From contig CALLAE010000012.1 of the NCBI GenBank assembly GCA_938002665.1, forward strand, positions 28,616 to 92,615: 64,000 nucleotides of DNA, in the 5' to 3' direction. Below the pieces are notes generated by a model. The model did no database searches. It was not told the DNA's origin and was given only the letters and a program-made list of their open reading frames with translations. Within the stretch, counting starts at the first letter, position 1. The number at the start of each line of letters is the position of its first letter. The translations under genes were made by a program, and so were the position numbers. The stretch comes from an uncultured Saprospiraceae bacterium (lineage in GTDB: Bacteria; Bacteroidota; Bacteroidia; Chitinophagales; Saprospiraceae). This document shows, piece by piece, positions 19,549 to 29,138 of this stretch.

Positions 19549-20877
19549 TTATAAATATCCTACATAGTTATGGGGTGAGATTGCTCTCAGTTCTTTCTTA
19601 ACCTCATCAGATACCTCTAAAGTTTCAATAAAGCTCATAATCGAGTCTTTGGTAAGAGCGGTATTGCCTCTAGTTAAGGCCTTTAATGCCTCATAGGGTT
19701 TAGGGTAGTGCTCTCTCCTCAGTATATTTTGTATGGCTTCAGATACAACTGCCCAATTAGCCTCTAGGTCGGCTTCGAGTTTAGCTTTATTCAGTTCTAT
19801 CTTGCTTAGGCCTTTGAGGAGGGATTGGAAAGCGATAGTCGTATGTGCGAAGGGCACACCGAGATTTCTGGTAACAGTGCTGTCTGTAAGATCGCGTTGT
19901 AATCTAGAAATAGGAAGCTTTTGTGCAAGGAAAGTAATCATCCCATTAGCTAGGCCAAAATTGCCTTCTGCATTTTCAAAATCTATTGGGTTCACCTTAT
20001 GGGGCATGGCAGAGGAACCCACCTCATTAGCAATTACTTTTTGCTTAAAATAATCCATGCTGATGTAAGTCCACATATCTCTGCAGAGGTCTATCAGAAT
20101 GGTATTAATTCTTCCTACATTTTGGAGTATGGCAGCCAGATGATCGTAATGACTAATCTGGGTAGTGTTTTTAGATCTCTGAAGACCCAGCTCCATTATC
20201 ATCTTATCAGCAAAGTCTGGCCAATCGATAGCTGGGAAAGCGACCTTGTGAGCATTAAAGTTTCCAGTCGCTCCTCCGAATTTAGCCTTGATGGGTAGCT
20301 GCTTTAGTAGCTCTAGTTGATCTGCTAGTCTTTCTATAAAGACTCTGAGTTCTTTCCCTACAGTAGATGGACTAGCAGCTTGTCCATGGGTTCTGGAAAG
20401 CATAGGTATGCCTATATATTGATTATCTAACTCTTTGAGTTTTTTAAGCAGTTGATTGAGTTCTGGCAGATAGTAATCTCTCAAGTAATCAGCTAGGAGG
20501 AGTGGGGTGGCCGTATTATTTATATCCTGAGAGGTCAGTGCAAAGTGTACCCACTCTAAGTGGTCCTTCATGCCCTGCTCTTCCATTTTAGCTTTGATAA
20601 AATACTCTACGGCCTTGACGTCATGATTAGTAGTCTTTTCTATATCCTTGATAGCCTGTGCATCTACTTCGCTGAAGTTTTTATAAATATCATCAAGTAC
20701 CGTAACTTTTTCAGCTAGTGTCTTTAGTTGTGGGATGCCTAGCGCGATGAGCGCTTTGAGATAATGGATCTCTACGAGAACTCTGTACTTTATGAGTGCA
20801 TATTCAGAGAAGTATTCTTGGAGCTTAGTAGTTTTTTTCTGGTATCTACCATCTATAGGGGAGACAGCTTTGAGCAT
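19549..20877 (-). CDS. purB: adenylosuccinate lyase
   Basis: 442 aa with SPIDGRY, the fumarate-lyase signature GSSAMPHKVNP and a C-terminal ADSL domain. Confidence 0.97.
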   Translation of the reverse strand: MLKAVSPIDGRYQKKTTKLQEYFSEYALIKYRVLVEIHYLKALIALGIPQLKTLAEKVTVLDDIYKNFSEVDAQAIKDIEKTTNHDVKAVEYFIKAKMEEQGMKDHLEWVHFALTSQDINNTATPLLLADYLRDYYLPELNQLLKKLKELDNQYIGIPMLSRTHGQAASPSTVGKELRVFIERLADQLELLKQLPIKAKFGGATGNFNAHKVAFPAIDWPDFADKMIMELGLQRSKNTTQISHYDHLAAILQNVGRINTILIDLCRDMWTYISMDYFKQKVIANEVGSSAMPHKVNPIDFENAEGNFGLANGMITFLAQKLPISRLQRDLTDSTVTRNLGVPFAHTTIAFQSLLKGLSKIELNKAKLEADLEANWAVVSEAIQNILRREHYPKPYEALKALTRGNTALTKDSIMSFIETLEVSDEVKKELRAISPHNYVGYL

Positions 20878-20891
20878 AGTTATGTTTTGCC

Positions 20892-20899
20892 CAAAGGTA
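20892..20899 (-). promoter_or_regulatory. -7 promoter box TACCTTTG
   Basis: It is 15 nt upstream of the purB ATG (20877). Confidence 0.4.
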
Positions 20900-20954
20900 A
20901 GGACTTGGTAGCACTTGCATGAATGGTAACTATGAAGATACTATAGGGTATAAA

Positions 20955-20985
20955 CCAAAAAACCCAGCTCTTCAGCTAGGTTTTT
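20955..20985 (-). terminator. terminator-like hairpin after the acyltransferase gene
   Basis: The stem AACCCAGCT/AGCTAGGTT has one mismatch and a CTTC loop. It has an A-run on one side and a T-run on the other, so it could act bidirectionally. Confidence 0.4.
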
Positions 20986-21091
20986 CGTTAATCCATTTTT
21001 TCATTATCTATCCACTTATAAGACAGATATTTAAGGGTTAACCCCTACTTCATTTTAATTTTATTTTCAAAACCCAATAAGATCGAGGGTT

Positions 21092-21994
21092 CTAGTAGGA
21101 TATTTTATTTTTAAACCGTTTGTGAGACCATAACCAGGATTGAGGGGAGGCTGTGATAAGTCTCTCTAGATTCTGGATGTACCTTGCGGTGAGCTGGTCA
21201 GCAGAGCTTAATTCTCCTGCCTTGGCCAGTTGCACAGCCTCGACTTCATATCTCCCCCTGCCTACTCTATGGACATCCAGAGAAAAGATTGCTAGACCTG
21301 ATTTTATACCATACTTAGCTGCTCCTCCGTGGAAGCTTACTTGTTGGCCTAAGAAATCCATTTCTATGGCTCTTTCTTTACCACTTGGTTTCTGATCTGC
21401 TATAAATACGATACCTACAGGTTTAGGCTCTTCATCTAGTTTGCTGAAGAATTTGGCAGTCTGATAAGTCGGGATGATACTAACATTGTTGCCAGATCGT
21501 CCAGTTTTCATGTATTCATTGATGTATTGGTTAGACAACATTTTCACAGCACCTACTAGATGATGTTTCATCTGTAGCCCAAGACACAGCGGAGCCCATT
21601 CCCAATTATTATAGTGTTGGCTATAGATAATGACATGCTCTCCGCGCTCGAAGTGTGCATCCATTAGTTCGGGATTTCGGAAGGTGTATCTGGGGATGAG
21701 CTTTTGAGGAGAAGTGCCTAAACCTTTGAATGACTCTAGGATGATATCTATAAAATTTCTATAGAAGGACTTAGCGATACTGGCTAATTCTTGTTTGGAC
21801 TTATGAGGGAAGCAATAGCTGAGATTGGTTTCTATTACTGCGGTTCTATATTTGAAAAGATGTTTTAGAATAAAGTTCAGTAAGTCAGAAAATAGGTATA
21901 GCAACTTGAAGGGGAGGAGGGAGAAAAGGCCGATAAGTAATCTGAAAAAGATATAAGCAAGAAACTTCAAGTGATATAACTTAGATGAGTTCAA
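21092..21994 (-). CDS. lysophospholipid / lipid A biosynthesis acyltransferase (LpxL/HtrB family)
   Basis: 300 aa with an N-terminal membrane anchor and SQHYNNWEW (the HX4-type acyltransferase region). The start codon is TTG and uncertain. Confidence 0.7.
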   Translation of the reverse strand: MNSSKLYHLKFLAYIFFRLLIGLFSLLPFKLLYLFSDLLNFILKHLFKYRTAVIETNLSYCFPHKSKQELASIAKSFYRNFIDIILESFKGLGTSPQKLIPRYTFRNPELMDAHFERGEHVIIYSQHYNNWEWAPLCLGLQMKHHLVGAVKMLSNQYINEYMKTGRSGNNVSIIPTYQTAKFFSKLDEEPKPVGIVFIADQKPSGKERAIEMDFLGQQVSFHGGAAKYGIKSGLAIFSLDVHRVGRGRYEVEAVQLAKAGELSSADQLTARYIQNLERLITASPQSWLWSHKRFKNKISY

Positions 21995-22250
21995 TAAATG
22001 ACTCTTCCGAATCTTCAGACTTAAATAACTGCGTTCTATTGCTTTCCATTGTAAGAAAGGAAGCTTTGCAGGTTTTGTAAAAATCTTCAGTCATCAAGTT
22101 TTTCAAGTGGCTGAGATCTCTGATTTGTCCATCTCTAAATTTATAGGTCTGCTCCATTAGCTTGGTTTCCACTTTAAGACTATACCGTCCATTCATGATC
22201 ATGACCGTGAGTCTCATAGTTTCAAAGGACCATTCGTCTAAGATTCTCAT
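21981..22250 (-). CDS. hypothetical small protein (89 aa)
   Basis: Its ATG overlaps the stop of the upstream DUF2520-type gene (ATGA at 22250-22247), and its 3' end overlaps the acyltransferase ORF by 14 nt. I recognise no motif. Confidence 0.45.
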   Translation of the reverse strand: MRILDEWSFETMRLTVMIMNGRYSLKVETKLMEQTYKFRDGQIRDLSHLKNLMTEDFYKTCKASFLTMESNRTQLFKSEDSEESFIELI

Positions 22251-23050
22251 TTTTTCTTTCTTGGTTTTGGTTTAGAGCTGTTTTTGATACTTTGACTCAT
22301 TGCCTTATATATCGAGCTAAGATAGGCATCTGATTTTATGATCTTAAGATGTTCTTTTTCTACTTTGATATCGTTTCTGGCTGCTGGTCCAGTCTGTATG
22401 CTACATGGATTTTGGAGTAAGATGCTGGCGAAGGTTGTTTCCATAATAGGTGATAATACCTTTGGCTTGAGCTTGTTCTCTTTCAAAAAATTAGCTGTCA
22501 GGCAGGCAAGATGATTAGTGAAATTATTGAGTATGACAGCTGCCAGATGGTACTTCATTCTTTCTAGGTCATTGGCCTCAGAGACGTTAGAAGATAGTTG
22601 TCTTGCTAACATTCTAAATTTCCTCAGTGTCTTAGGATTATTGCCATGTATTAGAAAAGGAAGAGCTGCTATATCTACAGCCTTCTTTTTTTTGAAAGAC
22701 TGGAGGGGATAGAAGCTTCCATAATTCTCAGCTCTTTTAGTTAGAAAGGTAGTAGGTGTTGCGCCAGAGGTATGGGCTAGGTATTGTTTGCTATTAAGTT
22801 TAGGCAGTTGAGCTGAGACCTCCCTGATGACATCATCTTTTACCATGATCAAGTATAAGTCTGCTTTATCACTGACAGCTTGTAGGTCAGCAATTGCCTT
22901 AGCTTCAACCTTACGAGCAAGAGAATTGGCGTTTTTTATATCTCTACTATATACTTGTGAGATGTTACAACCAATATTGTGCAGAGCGGGTACTAGATGA
23001 GAGGCGATATTACCTGCACCTATGCTTATAATGTTCATGATCTTAGTCAT
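22247..23050 (-). CDS. Rossmann-fold NAD(P)-binding protein, DUF2520-type
   Basis: 267 aa with ISIGAGNIASHLVPAL dinucleotide-binding N-terminus and a helical C-terminal domain, as in Rossmann-like/DUF2520 proteins. Confidence 0.6.
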   Translation of the reverse strand: MTKIMNIISIGAGNIASHLVPALHNIGCNISQVYSRDIKNANSLARKVEAKAIADLQAVSDKADLYLIMVKDDVIREVSAQLPKLNSKQYLAHTSGATPTTFLTKRAENYGSFYPLQSFKKKKAVDIAALPFLIHGNNPKTLRKFRMLARQLSSNVSEANDLERMKYHLAAVILNNFTNHLACLTANFLKENKLKPKVLSPIMETTFASILLQNPCSIQTGPAARNDIKVEKEHLKIIKSDAYLSSIYKAMSQSIKNSSKPKPRKKK

Positions 23051-23055
23051 GTCAT

Positions 23056-25863
23056 TTAGTTGGAGCGGGATCTTTTAGATCTCCTATTGTATAAGCCAAG
23101 GAAGAAACCTAGCATCATCATGGAAGCTCCTACCCAGAAAAGATTTATACCAGGAAACATCTTAGCTTCTAGTATGATAACATCCGTTCTGCTTTTTTCA
23201 GCCACTTCTATGACCAAGTCGTCATTGGATCTATCATCTATTGCCATCATGAAGGAGAATTTTTCATCCACAGGATTGATATGTGTCATTCTTGCATGGA
23301 CGCCACTATTTATCTCGTGGTCCTTAATGTTGAAAGGCTTCGTATCTCTTATAACATAGATAGGTTTTAGAAGTGCTTTGTCAGATAAGCGGAGCAGTAG
23401 TGCCTGAATGGAGATGTCATTTTCTTCTCTGATGTAGTTAACACTAGTAGCATCTTTTTCAAAACCGGTTAAGACATATTCTTCACTTTGGTAGGTGAAT
23501 GATTCGTCTTGGGTAATAGAAAATGACTGGTATTCTAGCTGATCTTCAGTACTAAAGAAATTATCAAAAGAGGCTTCATTTAATCTTACTTTCAGTTCTA
23601 GTTCATTGATCTGGGATGGATACTGGTAAAGTAGATTCTCTCTTACACCTATTGCAGGTTCTATCACTTCACTGTAATCATCTTCTAGATCATGGAATTT
23701 GATTTTTACACCTAGGCCTATATCATTAGTATGCTTGAGATAGTCAGGATGCTGTGGATCAAAAGTGTAGCCTTCTACAATAGCGTAATGCTCTTTGGTG
23801 AATAAGGTGTCACCGACACTGAGTTCGTATTTTACATACTTTAGAGAATCCTCTGCTTCTTTAGCTAGCTTGATATCCATCTGTTCATTAGGAAGAGAGG
23901 CTATACTGGTAAATATATCTTTGTCTATAAAGTGCTTAGCGTCAGGATTAGTTGCAGCTACTTTGCTGAAGTCATTAGAGAAGAGGACATTAGGATAGAC
24001 ATAGAACGGGTCTATATTTCCTCTTTCTTTATCCTCTTTTTCAAATTTTATTTTGAAGGTTCTTATCTGGTCTACTATCGTATCACTCTCATAAGTTATC
24101 CAGTAGTCATTAACAAAGAAAGGCTCTTGCTTAATGAGCTTGACCGAACTAGCCAGATCCTTGTCCTTAATTAGTCCTTTCATCACAAAAGGATTAGTAG
24201 TGACTACTGACTCATTCAGACCACTAGTGAGTATGCCTATAATCATGACACCAAATCCTATATGCGAGAAGACAGCAGAAGCCATCTTAGCATTCTTCAT
24301 AGATTTTCTAAGTAGGAAGGCAGCATTAGAAAGAATAGTATAGAAAGCACAAAAGGCAAGTAGCGCATATTTCCAATGAAAGAAATCTATCCATAAGCTT
24401 AAAAGTAAAGTCATCCCACCTGCGAGAGCAGCATGAAATAATTGTCCTTTAGCAAAGGTAATCTTTTGGCCTGTGCTCCACTCGCCAGCTTTATATCTCA
24501 GGAAAATTGTTTTTGCAGCTAAGACCATAACTAGGATCGAGGTCCATAATTGGAATTTATTAAAGTGTGGAATGGGGTCCTTGATGACTGTTCCTACAAA
24601 TTCTGGATCGTATAGCGTGGCTAAAGCGTTCAATACTGGAAGTGAAGTAGATGCAGCAATAATACCACCACTAAATAAAAGGACTAATGCACCTACAAAC
24701 ATCCAAAACTCTCTAGAGTAAATAGATTCTTCTTTATCGAATACTGGAATTAAATTGCTTTTAGCTATGTAAATGGTCATCGCTAGTACAGCAAAAAACA
24801 TGACCATAAAGATAAGCTGTGGCTCAAGTCCCATCTCTGTAAAAGAGTGGGCAGAGGTATCGCCTAAGATTCCACTACGAGTCAGGTAGGTAGAGTATAG
24901 TATCAGTACAAAAGTCAAAGCGTAGTAGATATAGGTGCTTCTTACAGCCCTGCCAGTGACATTGGCGATGAGATTAGTATGGACACCTGCAACTAAGATT
25001 AACCATGGAACAAAAGACATATTCTCCACTGGATCCCAGGCCCAATATCCACCAAAAGTCAGGGCCTCATAAGCCCAAGCGCTACCCATCAATATTCCTA
25101 CACCAAGTATCCCTGCAGAAAACAAAGCCCATTTTAGTGCTGGCTTAAGCCACTCTCTGTGTCTGCCCGTAAATAGACCGCCTGCAGCGTAGGCAAAGGG
25201 AACGATAGTACTAGCAAAGCCTAGGAAAAGAGTAGGGGGATGTATAGTCATCCAGTAATTCTGTAGCAACGGATTGAGCCCTGTTCCGCTGATTACATTG
25301 ACATAGTCTGCTTTTTCGAATATAGGTGCTTCAAAGACATCTCTTAGAAGAGTTGTAGGATTGCTTCCTATTTTGTAAACAAAGTCGCCTATATGTACAT
25401 GTAGCCCAAGAAGCATAGAACTTAGTACCGCCTCTGCTAGTGCAATAATCATTATGACTGGTGCCTCCCAGCTTCCCGCTTTCTTGATAAGATACCAGCC
25501 TAGGATACAGTGCCAAAACATCCATAAGATAAAACTGCCTTCCTGACCCTCCCAGAAAGCTGAGAGGATATATTTCATAGAGAGGTCATCTGATACATGG
25601 GCCTGAGCATAGGAATACTCATATAGGTGATTTACCATAATGTAAAACAGAACGGCTATCAAGGAAAATAATGAAAGTGTATGCAATAGAAAGCCCATCC
25701 TACCTAGCTTCGTCCAATTACCTTTCTGGTCTAATTCTGTTTGGCTTGCTTTGAAATAAGAAAAGACAGCTAACAGACTAGAGACAAAACACAGTATAAT
25801 GCAAAAGTGGCCTATTCTACCTGGCCAGAGGTGTTCTCCTATGTATTGTATATCTTGAATCAA
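23056..25863 (-). CDS. ccmF: cytochrome c-type biogenesis protein CcmF-like (heme lyase) with enlarged periplasmic domain
   Basis: 935 aa, polytopic, with the Trp-rich heme-handling motif FGGYWAWDPVEN. A ~340-aa soluble segment precedes the last TM helix. The TTG start overlaps the ccmE stop. Confidence 0.85.
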   Translation of the reverse strand: MIQDIQYIGEHLWPGRIGHFCIILCFVSSLLAVFSYFKASQTELDQKGNWTKLGRMGFLLHTLSLFSLIAVLFYIMVNHLYEYSYAQAHVSDDLSMKYILSAFWEGQEGSFILWMFWHCILGWYLIKKAGSWEAPVIMIIALAEAVLSSMLLGLHVHIGDFVYKIGSNPTTLLRDVFEAPIFEKADYVNVISGTGLNPLLQNYWMTIHPPTLFLGFASTIVPFAYAAGGLFTGRHREWLKPALKWALFSAGILGVGILMGSAWAYEALTFGGYWAWDPVENMSFVPWLILVAGVHTNLIANVTGRAVRSTYIYYALTFVLILYSTYLTRSGILGDTSAHSFTEMGLEPQLIFMVMFFAVLAMTIYIAKSNLIPVFDKEESIYSREFWMFVGALVLLFSGGIIAASTSLPVLNALATLYDPEFVGTVIKDPIPHFNKFQLWTSILVMVLAAKTIFLRYKAGEWSTGQKITFAKGQLFHAALAGGMTLLLSLWIDFFHWKYALLAFCAFYTILSNAAFLLRKSMKNAKMASAVFSHIGFGVMIIGILTSGLNESVVTTNPFVMKGLIKDKDLASSVKLIKQEPFFVNDYWITYESDTIVDQIRTFKIKFEKEDKERGNIDPFYVYPNVLFSNDFSKVAATNPDAKHFIDKDIFTSIASLPNEQMDIKLAKEAEDSLKYVKYELSVGDTLFTKEHYAIVEGYTFDPQHPDYLKHTNDIGLGVKIKFHDLEDDYSEVIEPAIGVRENLLYQYPSQINELELKVRLNEASFDNFFSTEDQLEYQSFSITQDESFTYQSEEYVLTGFEKDATSVNYIREENDISIQALLLRLSDKALLKPIYVIRDTKPFNIKDHEINSGVHARMTHINPVDEKFSFMMAIDDRSNDDLVIEVAEKSRTDVIILEAKMFPGINLFWVGASMMMLGFFLGLYNRRSKRSRSN

Positions 25864-26264
25864 GAGGAAAGACTAGCTTCTGATCTTAGTTTGAGTTCTT
25901 CGTCTTTGTACTTAGAAGGGCATTTTAGCAGAACTTCATCTGCTATGAAAGTTTCGCCATCCATTTGTCCAGTGACAACTACTGTTTCTGAAAGCTCAAA
26001 ATCTTGAGGCTTAGGCTTTTTCATTATGACTTTCTTGGATAGTCCTTCGCTATCTTTCATTAGAAAAGTGAAAGAGTTGGGATTCTTGATAGGGTCATAT
26101 ACTACCTCACCATTTTTATCTATCTCTCCAGATATTTTGACCCTATTTTGGTTCTGGATAGCATTTTCAAAGGTTGCATAAGTACTCACATCCTTTGACG
26201 CTGATACTATAATAGCTATTGCTGCAATCAGTGCCAAAAATCCGACTAAGTAACTTTTTTTCAT
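25860..26264 (-). CDS. ccmE: cytochrome c maturation heme chaperone CcmE, CXXXY variant
   Basis: 134 aa with an N-terminal anchor and an OB-fold body. The C-terminal FIADEVLLKCPSKYKDEE aligns with E. coli ILAKEVLAKHDENYTPPE, placing Cys where the heme-binding His sits. Confidence 0.8.
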   Translation of the reverse strand: MKKSYLVGFLALIAAIAIIVSASKDVSTYATFENAIQNQNRVKISGEIDKNGEVVYDPIKNPNSFTFLMKDSEGLSKKVIMKKPKPQDFELSETVVVTGQMDGETFIADEVLLKCPSKYKDEELKLRSEASLSS

Positions 26265-26364
26265 AATTCATAGATTGATGAAAAGCATAATATAAAGGTA
26301 AGCTCTAATACTAACTTTATCCATTTATCTTTAAGTATTTAGAACGATAGTAAATTAGGTCTAT

Positions 26365-27318
26365 CTATTCAAATAAAGCCTCCACAAAGGCTGCTTTATT
26401 AAATACTTGTAGTTGCTCTATTCCTTCTCCTACACCTATGTATTTGATAGGGATTTTAAACTGGTCTGAGATACCGAGCACAACTCCTCCTTTAGCAGAC
26501 CCATCTAGCTTAGTGAGGGCTAGGGTAGTGACTTGTGTAGCCTCCGTAAATTTATTAGCCTGTTCTATGGCATTCTGTCCTGTAGTTGCATCTAGCACCA
26601 ACATAACTTCATGTGGTGCACCCGGTAATTTTTTATTTATAGATTGATTGATCTTAGTCAGCTCTTCCATTAGGTGGGTCTTAGTATGTAACCTTCCTGC
26701 CGTATCTATAATGCAGAGGTCTATGTCATTGTTCATGGCATATTGCACTGTTTCATACGCTACCGCGGCAGGGTCAGTATTCATACCCTTAGAATAGAAC
26801 TCTACTTCATTTCGGTCAGCCCATATCTTCAGCTGATCTACAGCTGCTGCTCTAAAAGTATCAGCAGCACCTAGGACTATTTTCTTTCCTTTCTTTTTGA
26901 ACTGATGCGCGAGCTTTCCTATGGTAGTCGTTTTTCCTACTCCATTTACACCTACGACTAGAATGACATATGGAATATGGTAATCAGGATAGACAAAGTC
27001 TTCTATGTCCTCAGTGTTGTTCTCACCTAGAATATCGACGACTACATTTTTGAGGATTTTATTGAGTTCATTGGTATTGAAGTATTTTTCTTCGGCTACT
27101 TTCTTTTCTAGGCGCTCTATAATTTTAACTGAGGTATCTAGTCCTACATCCGAGGAGATAAGTATGCCTTCTAGCTCATCCAAGAAAGATTCATCCACTT
27201 TGGATTTTCCAGCTACTGCTTTTGCTATTTGGCCAAATAGGCTCTTCTTGGTTTTTTCTACACCTTGATTTAGATCGGTTTTTTTTTCCTTTGTGAAGTA
27301 TTTTTTAAAGATGCTCAT
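26365..27318 (-). CDS. ftsY: signal recognition particle receptor FtsY
   Basis: SRP54-type NG domain with GVNGVGKTTTIGKLA, DTAGR and TKLDGSAKGG. The track start 27339 is TTG; ATG at 27318 (MSIFKKYFTKEKK) is likelier. Confidence 0.95.
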   Translation of the reverse strand: MSIFKKYFTKEKKTDLNQGVEKTKKSLFGQIAKAVAGKSKVDESFLDELEGILISSDVGLDTSVKIIERLEKKVAEEKYFNTNELNKILKNVVVDILGENNTEDIEDFVYPDYHIPYVILVVGVNGVGKTTTIGKLAHQFKKKGKKIVLGAADTFRAAAVDQLKIWADRNEVEFYSKGMNTDPAAVAYETVQYAMNNDIDLCIIDTAGRLHTKTHLMEELTKINQSINKKLPGAPHEVMLVLDATTGQNAIEQANKFTEATQVTTLALTKLDGSAKGGVVLGISDQFKIPIKYIGVGEGIEQLQVFNKAAFVEALFE

Positions 27319-27340
27319 TCCTATACTATAGCTATTCAAT

Positions 27341-27371
27341 AAAAAAAGGCAAAGTGAGAACCTTGCCTTTT
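27341..27371 (-). terminator. terminator-like hairpin between the DUF4295-type ORF and ftsY
   Basis: The minus strand reads AAAGGCAA-(10-nt loop)-TTGCCTTT followed by TTTT. Confidence 0.45.
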
Positions 27372-27396
27372 AGATAATATGTTTTGCGTTGCTTTA

Positions 27397-27570
27397 CTAT
27401 TTTTTAGCAAAGAACTCTTTCACTTTGTCTTTGTGGATGTTCATTTCTTTGTAAGTATATTTTCCTGTTACCGGATCTTTGATACTTTTTACAACTTTTA
27501 CGAAGTCCCTTCCTGATCCAGCATTTGCTGCTCTTTGAGCTACTCTCGCATTCTTTGATACTTTAGCCAT
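27397..27570 (-). CDS. small basic protein (57 aa), DUF4295-type, not in ORF track
   Basis: My translation is MAKVSKNARVAQRAANAGSGRDFVKVVKSIKDPVTGKYTYKEMNIHKDKVKEFFAKK*. It starts 4 nt after the rpmG stop and is followed by a hairpin plus T-run. Confidence 0.7.
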   Translation of the reverse strand: MAKVSKNARVAQRAANAGSGRDFVKVVKSIKDPVTGKYTYKEMNIHKDKVKEFFAKK

Positions 27571-27573
27571 GAC

Positions 27574-27762
27574 TTACTTTATTTCTTTGTGAACAGTATA
27601 TTTATTAAGGATAGGATTGAATTTTTTCAATTCCATTCTATCTGGTGTATTCTTTCTATTTTTCTGAGTTACATATCTAGAAGTACCAGGTTGGCCAGTA
27701 GCTTTGTGCTCAGTGCATTCTAGTATGACTTGAATTCTATTTCCTTTTGACTTTTTTGCCAT
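27574..27762 (-). CDS. rpmG: 50S ribosomal protein L33
   Basis: 62 aa, [20 protein letters not shown]...[21 protein letters not shown]. Confidence 0.97.
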   Translation of the reverse strand: MAKKSKGNRIQVILECTEHKATGQPGTSRYVTQKNRKNTPDRMELKKFNPILNKYTVHKEIK

Positions 27763-27787
27763 TGCTCCTTGTTAATTAAATTTGTAA

Positions 27788-28039
27788 TTACTTAAGGTCT
27801 AACCCGAAGTCAAAACCCGCTTTTTGTTGTCTTTTAAGATATTCATATACACCTAGCTTATTAATGTTTCTCATTGCAGAAGCAGAAAGCTTTAATGAGA
27901 CCCATTGATCAGTTTCTGGAATATAATATTTCTTATTATTAAGGTTGGGAAGGAATCTTCTCTTTGTCTTTCTCTTAGAGTGAGACACGTTGTTACCTGA
28001 TATAGGCTTCTTCCCTGTTAATTGACATCTTCTAGACAT
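27788..28039 (-). CDS. rpmB: 50S ribosomal protein L28
   Basis: 83 aa, MSRRCQLTGKKPISGNNVSHSKRKTKRRFLPNL. Confidence 0.97.
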   Translation of the reverse strand: MSRRCQLTGKKPISGNNVSHSKRKTKRRFLPNLNNKKYYIPETDQWVSLKLSASAMRNINKLGVYEYLKRQQKAGFDFGLDLK

Positions 28040-28080
28040 GGTATTGTATGATTTCTTTGTTCTTCTCTATAAAAGAGGTG

Positions 28081-28088
28081 CAAAGGTA
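28081..28088 (-). promoter_or_regulatory. -7 promoter box TACCTTTG
   Basis: It is 42 nt upstream of the rpmB ATG (28039). Confidence 0.45.
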
Positions 28089-28375
28089 AGCCTTTTATAT
28101 ATGATACAAAACACTTCTAGCGCAATAATTACAGCGATTTCCCTCTAATTCTACTATTAAAGGTGTAAACAGTACAATTTTCCGAGAGTCTACGATTGGA
28201 TATGAGGCTATATCCATCTCATTTCAGTCATTATCACTACTAAAATAGCAAGCTGCTTGACAAAATATATCTAATTATTAAAGCCATGTAGTGTAATTAA
28301 GTTCTGTAGCTGTCCTTGGTATGTGTCTAAAGTTTATAATAATTTTTAAGTCAAACGATAAAATATTTAAAGGGA

Positions 28376-29074
28376 ATGAAAACTCTAATAGCACTCTTAA
28401 TAAGTGTAGGCTTTGCAGTGTCAGCCTATGGACAATGGTCAATCGGTCCTAAAGTCTCCTACGGGACGATCACACAATCAGCAGATGATATAAGAATAAT
28501 ACCCACCTCAGATGTCAATCCTCCTAAGATGGCCTTTCTTGGTGGTGGAGGAGTTAGGTCTGTAGGGTTTATGCTTCATAACAGTCTAGGTCCTGCTTTT
28601 TTACAAGTAGAAGCATTAGGTACTCAGTTTAATGTTCAGTATTCTTCACAAGAATATTCAAGAGCAGCAGCAGAACCTAACATCTATGATGAGACAACAA
28701 TAATCCTTGAAGTTCCAATTGCAGCTGGATTCAAGCCTCACAGAAATATTAAAGTAGGTGTAGGTCCAGTAATGGAAGTACTTCTGAGCAAAGATTCAGA
28801 ATTGAAAGAAATAGATAGATATGTAGATACTGCCAACAGAATAGATGGTGGTTTCCAGGGTTTATTGGGATTCAGTAAAGGAAATTTCAATGTAGACCTA
28901 AGATACGTATACAAGTTTTCTAGTGTCGTAGATGGATTTAGCCTTGGAAATGATATCCTAAAATTGAACAGGAGTGCTAATAGATTAACCTTATCATTAG
29001 GTTATACTATGGGCAGTTCTAGAAAAATACTTTCTGAAGAAGAACTACTGGAGAAAGAACCTCTAGTATACTAA
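28376..29074 (+). CDS. outer-membrane beta-barrel protein, hypothetical
   Basis: 232 aa with signal peptide MKTLIALLISVGFAVSAYGQ and an alternating beta-strand pattern. A strong terminator follows it. Confidence 0.55.
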   Translation: MKTLIALLISVGFAVSAYGQWSIGPKVSYGTITQSADDIRIIPTSDVNPPKMAFLGGGGVRSVGFMLHNSLGPAFLQVEALGTQFNVQYSSQEYSRAAAEPNIYDETTIILEVPIAAGFKPHRNIKVGVGPVMEVLLSKDSELKEIDRYVDTANRIDGGFQGLLGFSKGNFNVDLRYVYKFSSVVDGFSLGNDILKLNRSANRLTLSLGYTMGSSRKILSEEELLEKEPLVY

Positions 29075-29104
29075 AACATATATTCGGACAATTCAGTTTT
29101 TAAA

Positions 29105-29138
29105 AAGAGCGATGCTATTGGTATTGCTCTTTTTTTTT
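29105..29138 (+). terminator. rho-independent terminator after the beta-barrel gene
   Basis: AAGAGCGATGC-TATTG-GTATTGCTCTT (11-bp stem with two G.U) followed by a run of 8 T. Confidence 0.8.
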
